Shown: in pieces, positions 46,859 to 52,366 of the stretch | How positions within the stretch are numbered: position 1 is the first letter of the stretch | Layout: each line of letters begins with the position of its first letter | NCBI GenBank assembly: GCA_001724265.1 | Contig: MEDY01000204.1 | Coordinates: 1-52,366, forward strand | DNA from: Rhizaria sp. SCN 62-66 | Taxonomy: Eukaryota | Reading direction: 5' to 3' | Length of the DNA stretch: 52,366 nt | Position numbers and translations under genes: made by a program | Notes under the pieces: model-generated | What the model was told of the DNA's origin: nothing | Seen by the model: the letters and a program-made list of their open reading frames with translations, nothing else | Databases searched by the model: none

Positions 46859-49800
46859 ATGGACGACATCGTGGCGGCGGTCAACGCGCACGGCCACACG
46901 CACGCGCTCGCGCACCTCTACGCCGAGCACGGGCTCACGCCGCCCGCGCCCCTCGGTGGCTTCGCCAACAGCAGCAGCGGCGGCGGCGGTCCCGCCCGGG
47001 CTCTGTCTCCGCTGGCAACTGCGGGCGCCAGCGCCGTGTCGCCCCTCGCCACCCCCGTCGTCTCCCCTTCCCCGCAGACTCAGTCTCAATCTGCGGCGAC
47101 TGGTGCCGGTGCAGCGCCAGTGCTGCCGACGCGCAGACCGACGACACCGGCGCCCGCGCGCGCGCGCCCCGCGCCCGCCACGCCCTCCGCCAACTCTGCA
47201 CCAACACATCAGCAACAGCAGCAGCAGAACCAGCAGTTTGCGACCGCGCCGCCGGTGCCGCGCCGCGCGACGTCGCCGTCACCGTCGCCGACCGCGGCCG
47301 GCAGCGTCGCCGCGGCCCTCGGCGCGCTCAAGCTCGACACCAACGCCAACTCCGCCGCCGACGACAACACCGAGGGCCTCGGCAGCGGCGGCAGCAGGAG
47401 CGGGGGCCCGCCGCCGCCGCCCGCCGCCGCGCTTGCCGCGCGCCACAGCATCTCGCTGGGCCGCCCTGCGGGTCCCGGGGGCGTGGCCGCCGCCGCGCTG
47501 TCGCCGCCGCCGCCCGCGCGCCACAGCATCTCGCTCGGCCACGCTCTCGGCCACGGCGCCGCCGTCTCCGCTGCTGCTGGCACCAGGCCGCCGCCGCCGC
47601 CGCAGCTGCCCGCGGGCCACTCCGGCTCCGGCAGCGGCTCCGGCTCCGGCTCCGGCGCGGGCCCGGGCGCGTTCGCCACGGCCCCCATCAGCCACGTCAA
47701 AACCACCTCCGCTGCTAGCGCGGGCAACGCTGCTGCAACCGTTGCCGGACGCAAGGCGCCGCCGCCGTTCCTGCCGCGCAGCCTCAGCTCCGCCGACACT
47801 CCCGCTCCTGCAGAGAGTCCCAGTCCTAGTGTGGCATCGAACGAGCCGCGCCGGTCGGTGACGCAGCCGCCACCGTTCGTGCCCCCGCCGCTGCCTCTGC
47901 CCGTCGCCGCCGCCGCCGCCGCCTCGAGTGCTGAGAGTGGAGCCGCGGTCGTGTCGCCGTTCGGCGAGTACGTCGAGACGCCCACCCCCTCGCCGCCCAG
48001 CGCCAAGGCCTCCGCGAGTGCCAGCGCCAGCGCGGCGGCCAAGGGCGCCCTCCCGGGCGGCCTCCCGGCCATCAGCGAGGGCGCCGGTCCGGCCGCGGCC
48101 GCTGCAGCAGGCGACGACGCAGCCGCGGCGCGCGCCACGGGCGCCCGCGCGCGGCGGCTGTCGGACGCGGGAATCTCCGACCCCGTGGCCGTGTTCCGCA
48201 CGCCGCCGCTGGTGCCGCTCCCCACGCCCGACGACGCGCTCGGCGCGGGGCTGCTGGGCGCCCTGCGCGGCGCCAACAGCACCGCGGCGGCCGCAGCAGC
48301 AGCGGCCGCCAAAGCGAGCGCGGGCGTGAGCGTGAACGCTGGCAAGCCAACGGCTGCGGCGGCTGCTGCGGCGACGACGACGGATACTACTGTTGCCGCG
48401 CCTGCGACGGCGACCGCGACTGGCGCCAAAAAGTCCCGCCGCACGCGTCCTACGTGTTGCTGCCCGCGCGCCGAACCGCGCGACGCGGCGGGCCTGGTGA
48501 CGCTGCCGCCCTGGGCGCGGGACCCCGTGCTCTGGTTCGAAGCCGCGGCGGACTATCAGGGCGACGGACGCGCGGACGCGAGCTCTCAGCACCCGTGTCT
48601 CTGCGGCGCGCTCTCTGCGAACTCTGCGAACCCTGTGAAGACGACGGAGACCGCGCCGGAGGACGGTGAGAGCGGACTAGGGTGCGACTGCGCGCACCTC
48701 GGCTGGGAGACGGACTCGGACCCAGAGCTCTCGGACACCGAGACCGAGGCCGCGGCCGCCACCGCCGCCGCCGTGGCCGCCGCCGCAGCCGCCGCGACCG
48801 CCGCTGCTGCCTCTGCCGCCGCGGACGCCGTCGACAGTAAGCACGATCGCATCGTCAACGGCAACCACTTCAACGACGACGATGACGACGACGGCGACGA
48901 CGACGACGATGGCGGCTGGGGCGCCTCGGCCGACGCCGGCCTCTTCCCGGGCGCCTCCAAGGGCCGCCCGCGCACGCCGTCGCCCATCAACAGCTACGGC
49001 TCGCGTCCCGGCCACCGCCTCAGCCTCAGCGGCGGCGCCAACGGCGGCCCCCACAGCCGACGCCAGCAGACGCCCCAGGCCGCCGTGGCCGCAGCTGTCG
49101 CCGCCGCGGTGGCCGCCGCGCCCGTGTTCGCGCCCGCGCTGGTGTGCGCACACTGCGGCCGGCCGGGCAGCAGCGGCGGCGGCGTGCGCGCGCGCGCCCG
49201 GCTGCAGCGGCCGGCGCCGCCGCGCGTGCTGCTGGCGCGCCGGGGCGACCTCGTGCTGGCCTTGCCGCGCGCGCGCCAGCCGCTGCTGCCGTATTACCAG
49301 CCACCCGCGGCTGCTGCGCTGGTGTGGCTGCGCGTCGTCAACGTCACGCAGCAGACCGCGGGCTTCCTGCCCTCGACGCTGCTGCTGCCGCGCGCGCCCG
49401 GCACGCACGACGTCGTGCCCGTGTTTGCGCGCGCCTGGAGCCTGCGCGCGCGCCCGCACGCCGCCGCCGGCGAGCCGCGCGGCACGGTCGCCTTCGCCGC
49501 GCCCTCGCCCGTCTCGCCCGCGGCTTCCGCAGGCGGCGGCTCTCCGCTGCCGACGCCGCTGCCGACGGCGGCAGAGCTGCCCGCGCTCTTCCTGCCCTGG
49601 TGCCACGGCAATCCGCGCCCGGCAACGGCGGCGACCACGGCAAAAGCAGCGGCTCCAGCGAAGGCTGCGGCTCCTGCTGCCACGGTCTCTGCCGCCGCTG
49701 CGGTGAAGGCGCCGGCGGCGAAGCTCTCGAGTGCGAGTGAGGTCAAGGAGGCCGAGAGCGCTGCTGACAAGGCCAAGACGACTGTGGGCAAAAGCGCGCC

Positions 49801-51667
49801 CGCGACGGCGCGCGCCGGCCCTGCGAGCGCGGCGGTTGCCAAGCCCGCAGCCGCAGCTGCTGCTGCTGCTGCTACGACTGCGACTTGTGCCCATACTGTC
49901 TTGAAGCCTGCTGCGACCGCTGCAAAGCCGACCGCGACCGCGGCTGCGAGTCACTCTGCCACGGCTCACTCTCCTGCGAAGCCCCCTGCAACTCCGGCTG
50001 CTGCTGCTGCGAAGCCTGCTGCTGCAGGCGGTGCCCACGCGACTGCGGCCACTCCTCGCACAAGCGCGAGCGCAAGCGCAGGGGCTGCTGCGACGGCGAG
50101 CGCGGCGGGTGCGAAGCCCGCGGTGACGCGTCTGTCGCTGGGCGCGCTGGCGACGCGTTCGCTGGCCTCTTCCACAGTCACCGCGCCCGCCGCCAAGTCC
50201 GTCTCTGCCGCCGCCACAGCGACGGCGGCGCACAAGTCTGTCGTCTCCGCGCGCCCCCCGGCCGCCGCGTCCGCTGCAGCCCACGCCAAGCCCGCAGCCT
50301 CGAGCGCCGCCTCGAGCGCCGCCTCGAGCGCCGCGCCTCCGTCTCGCCGCGGCAGCGTCTCCGCCCCCGGCCACTCTGCCGGTCACAGCACAGCTATCGG
50401 TCGCACCGCTGCCCCGAGCCACACCAGCTCTGCACCGGGCTCGCGCCGCGGCAGCGCGACTGCGCACGGTCACTCCGCCTCAGCCGCAGCCGCCTCCGCA
50501 GCGCACGGCGGCAGCAGCAGCGGCAGCGGCGGCGGCTCGCTCTCGCGCCGCGGCAGCGTCACCGGCTCCAGCGCAAGTGCGAGTGTAGCCGCTGCGGGCT
50601 CGGCCTCGCGCCGCGGCAGTGTGAGCGCGGCGAACCCGCCGCAGTCGGCCCGTGGGGCGCGTCCTGCCACGGGATCTGCGACTGCCGCCAAGACCACTCC
50701 CACTACCACTGCGACTTCGACTGGGACGAAGACGACTGCGACGGCGCGTGTGCCTCTGTCTGCGCGCGGTGCGCCGGGCAGCACGACGCCCCGCCCGGCA
50801 TCCGCGGTATCCGCGGCCAGTGCGGCCAAACCTGCGGCGAAGCCCACGAGTTCCGCCACGGGTTCTTCGGCGGGCCCTAGCGCGAGTGCTGTCAAGACGT
50901 CTGTGAGCAGTGTTGCTGTGAAGCCGGTCACTCCGGCGACCAAGACTACGACTGCGAGCTCCACCGGCTCCAAGACTGCGACTGTAAGCTCCGCAGGTGC
51001 CAAGCCGGCGGGGGCCGTCAGTGCCCGCGTCCCCTCCGCCGCCCTGACCCCGCGCCCCACCTCTACCTCTACCGCGGCAACAGTGAAAGCTACGGCAACC
51101 ACGTCGGGCTCCGTCACGCCGCGCCCCACGGCGGCAGTTGCAGCAGCAAAGCCTGCTGCGACCTCGGCAGCTGCTGCGACAAGGCCTGTCGCGTCGTCCA
51201 CGTCAGTCAAGCCTGCCGCGGCGGCGAGTGCGACGCCCAGGCCTGTCAGCGCCGCCGCTGCGACTGCATCCTCTGCAAAGCCGACCGCGACTGCAGCTGC
51301 AGCTGCAACTGCAACTGCGGCCACAAGGCCCGCTAGCGCCGCTTCGCGCCCCGCAAGCTCCAGCACCACGAGCAGCTTAACTGCGACTGCTAAGCCTGTC
51401 AGCAAGACCGTCCCCAGTGCTGCGTCCTCGGCGACTGCGACGAGGACTGCTCCAGCGGCGGCGAGTGCGGCCGGTGCGAGGCCTGCTAACGCTGTCACGA
51501 CGGTGAAGCCCCCTAGCAGTGCTGTTAAGCACTCTGCTACGACTGCTGCTGCAGTGAAGCCTGCTGCCACAACTGCAACGAAGCTTGCCGCTTCCGTTGC
51601 TGTTGCTAAACCTTCTGCGGTCGCCACTACTGTCAAACCTGCGGCGCCTGCGGTGACTGCTCAGTAA
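46859..51667 (+). CDS. Pro/Ala/Ser/Thr-rich protein with an interrupted SH3-like domain and a long basic tail, about 1600 aa; may be the alternative last exon of the RhoGEF
   Basis: 4.8-kb open frame; GCCGCCATGG at 46859; polypyrimidine tract and CAG acceptor ending at 46844. SH3-like pieces: FEAAADYQG, LLARRGDLVLAL, VWLRV..TQQTAGFLPSTLL. Confidence 0.75.
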   Translation: MDDIVAAVNAHGHTHALAHLYAEHGLTPPAPLGGFANSSSGGGGPARALSPLATAGASAVSPLATPVVSPSPQTQSQSAATGAGAAPVLPTRRPTTPAPARARPAPATPSANSAPTHQQQQQQNQQFATAPPVPRRATSPSPSPTAAGSVAAALGALKLDTNANSAADDNTEGLGSGGSRSGGPPPPPAAALAARHSISLGRPAGPGGVAAAALSPPPPARHSISLGHALGHGAAVSAAAGTRPPPPPQLPAGHSGSGSGSGSGSGAGPGAFATAPISHVKTTSAASAGNAAATVAGRKAPPPFLPRSLSSADTPAPAESPSPSVASNEPRRSVTQPPPFVPPPLPLPVAAAAAASSAESGAAVVSPFGEYVETPTPSPPSAKASASASASAAAKGALPGGLPAISEGAGPAAAAAAGDDAAAARATGARARRLSDAGISDPVAVFRTPPLVPLPTPDDALGAGLLGALRGANSTAAAAAAAAAKASAGVSVNAGKPTAAAAAAATTTDTTVAAPATATATGAKKSRRTRPTCCCPRAEPRDAAGLVTLPPWARDPVLWFEAAADYQGDGRADASSQHPCLCGALSANSANPVKTTETAPEDGESGLGCDCAHLGWETDSDPELSDTETEAAAATAAAVAAAAAAATAAAASAAADAVDSKHDRIVNGNHFNDDDDDDGDDDDDGGWGASADAGLFPGASKGRPRTPSPINSYGSRPGHRLSLSGGANGGPHSRRQQTPQAAVAAAVAAAVAAAPVFAPALVCAHCGRPGSSGGGVRARARLQRPAPPRVLLARRGDLVLALPRARQPLLPYYQPPAAAALVWLRVVNVTQQTAGFLPSTLLLPRAPGTHDVVPVFARAWSLRARPHAAAGEPRGTVAFAAPSPVSPAASAGGGSPLPTPLPTAAELPALFLPWCHGNPRPATAATTAKAAAPAKAAAPAATVSAAAAVKAPAAKLSSASEVKEAESAADKAKTTVGKSAPATARAGPASAAVAKPAAAAAAAAATTATCAHTVLKPAATAAKPTATAAASHSATAHSPAKPPATPAAAAAKPAAAGGAHATAATPRTSASASAGAAATASAAGAKPAVTRLSLGALATRSLASSTVTAPAAKSVSAAATATAAHKSVVSARPPAAASAAAHAKPAASSAASSAASSAAPPSRRGSVSAPGHSAGHSTAIGRTAAPSHTSSAPGSRRGSATAHGHSASAAAASAAHGGSSSGSGGGSLSRRGSVTGSSASASVAAAGSASRRGSVSAANPPQSARGARPATGSATAAKTTPTTTATSTGTKTTATARVPLSARGAPGSTTPRPASAVSAASAAKPAAKPTSSATGSSAGPSASAVKTSVSSVAVKPVTPATKTTTASSTGSKTATVSSAGAKPAGAVSARVPSAALTPRPTSTSTAATVKATATTSGSVTPRPTAAVAAAKPAATSAAAATRPVASSTSVKPAAAASATPRPVSAAAATASSAKPTATAAAAATATAATRPASAASRPASSSTTSSLTATAKPVSKTVPSAASSATATRTAPAAASAAGARPANAVTTVKPPSSAVKHSATTAAAVKPAATTATKLAASVAVAKPSAVATTVKPAAPAVTAQ

Positions 51668-52231
51668 ACCACTTTGAGACAAATCCTTCAACGCAACGCA
51701 AGCTTGCTTTTCCATGAACTAGTTTCTACAAAACCTTGAGTGTTACACATGTATAGTCTTCAGTTTTCCTATTTAAACCCTTATTTTGGTATACTGTTAC
51801 TTAGATTACTCTTGTCTCTTTGTTTATTCAAACATTGCCGTGAATACACCTTTTGATATTTCCATAAAACAATGATTTTTAGTGCCTTCAGCCAAGTGCG
51901 CAAGTTAGCACTTCCACCCATCCAAAGGTTAAGACAAACGCAAACAGCAATAATAATAACGGACATGACAAATAAGTGCTTACAAATGCAATATATCGTA
52001 AATCGAAATTAAAATAAAATTGTTTGAGTGCGTTATATGCACAAAATATCGGAGCCTAGTCCTCGACTGGCTGTGAGCCCCTTAAACGAGAGATGGACCG
52101 AAAAAGTCGGTGTAAGTGCGGCGAGCCGTGGGCGGACTGGGACCGGCGGCTGGGACTGCGGGCGCGAAGCAAACGGGCCCGTGTTGATTAAGGGTTGGTG
52201 CGATAAGGAATTTGTTCTACAAGAGATCAAC

Positions 52232-52366
52232 ATGGGTATCACTCGTAACTCTCGCCACAAGCGCCGCTCCACCGGTGGCCGTCGCGCTGTCCACCAGATG
52301 AAGCGCAACTACGAGCTCGGCCGTCCTTCCGCCAACACCAAGCTTGTCGGCGACAAGAAGCAGGCT
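52232..52366 (+). CDS. RPS8: 40S ribosomal protein S8 (eS8), 5' part only; truncated by the window end
   Basis: [38 protein letters not shown]. Confidence 0.96.
   Translation, partial: MGITRNSRHKRRSTGGRRAVHQMKRNYELGRPSANTKLVGDKKQA

Noticed and set aside
52170-52200. GGGCCC and TAAGGGTT upstream of RPS8 as site II and telo-box elements
   Set aside because: Both are imperfect single matches, and no second ribosomal-protein promoter is available in the window for comparison.

Overview
A gene-dense stretch of a eukaryotic, probably protist, nuclear genome. Exons are GC-rich; I modelled 20 short GT-AG introns of 117-253 nt, 19 of which have a GTNCG donor. The window holds 13 protein-coding loci: the RPL27A 3' end, a P4-ATPase flippase, AP-3 mu, an M18 aspartyl aminopeptidase, a kinesin-7-like motor, a ROK fructokinase, a DHHC palmitoyltransferase, a Hyi-NUDIX fusion, an orphan with a +1 frameshift, a giant WD40 protein with an in-frame TAG, a DH-PH-FYVE RhoGEF, a proline-rich split-SH3 protein and the RPS8 5' end. 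Main leads: (1) a spliced hydroxypyruvate-isomerase/NUDIX fusion; (2) a flippase carrying a canonical EF-hand inside its P-domain; (3) a frame-preserving splice that could join the RhoGEF to the downstream SH3 ORF; (4) an in-frame TAG while no modelled gene ends in TAG; (5) compact domains repeatedly split by about 140-240 aa low-complexity inserts; (6) an MSA/CCAAT/CHR-like promoter on the kinesin. I saw no mobile element, CRISPR array, tRNA or rRNA. All calls come from manual motif reading; no searches were run, so novelty is unverified.
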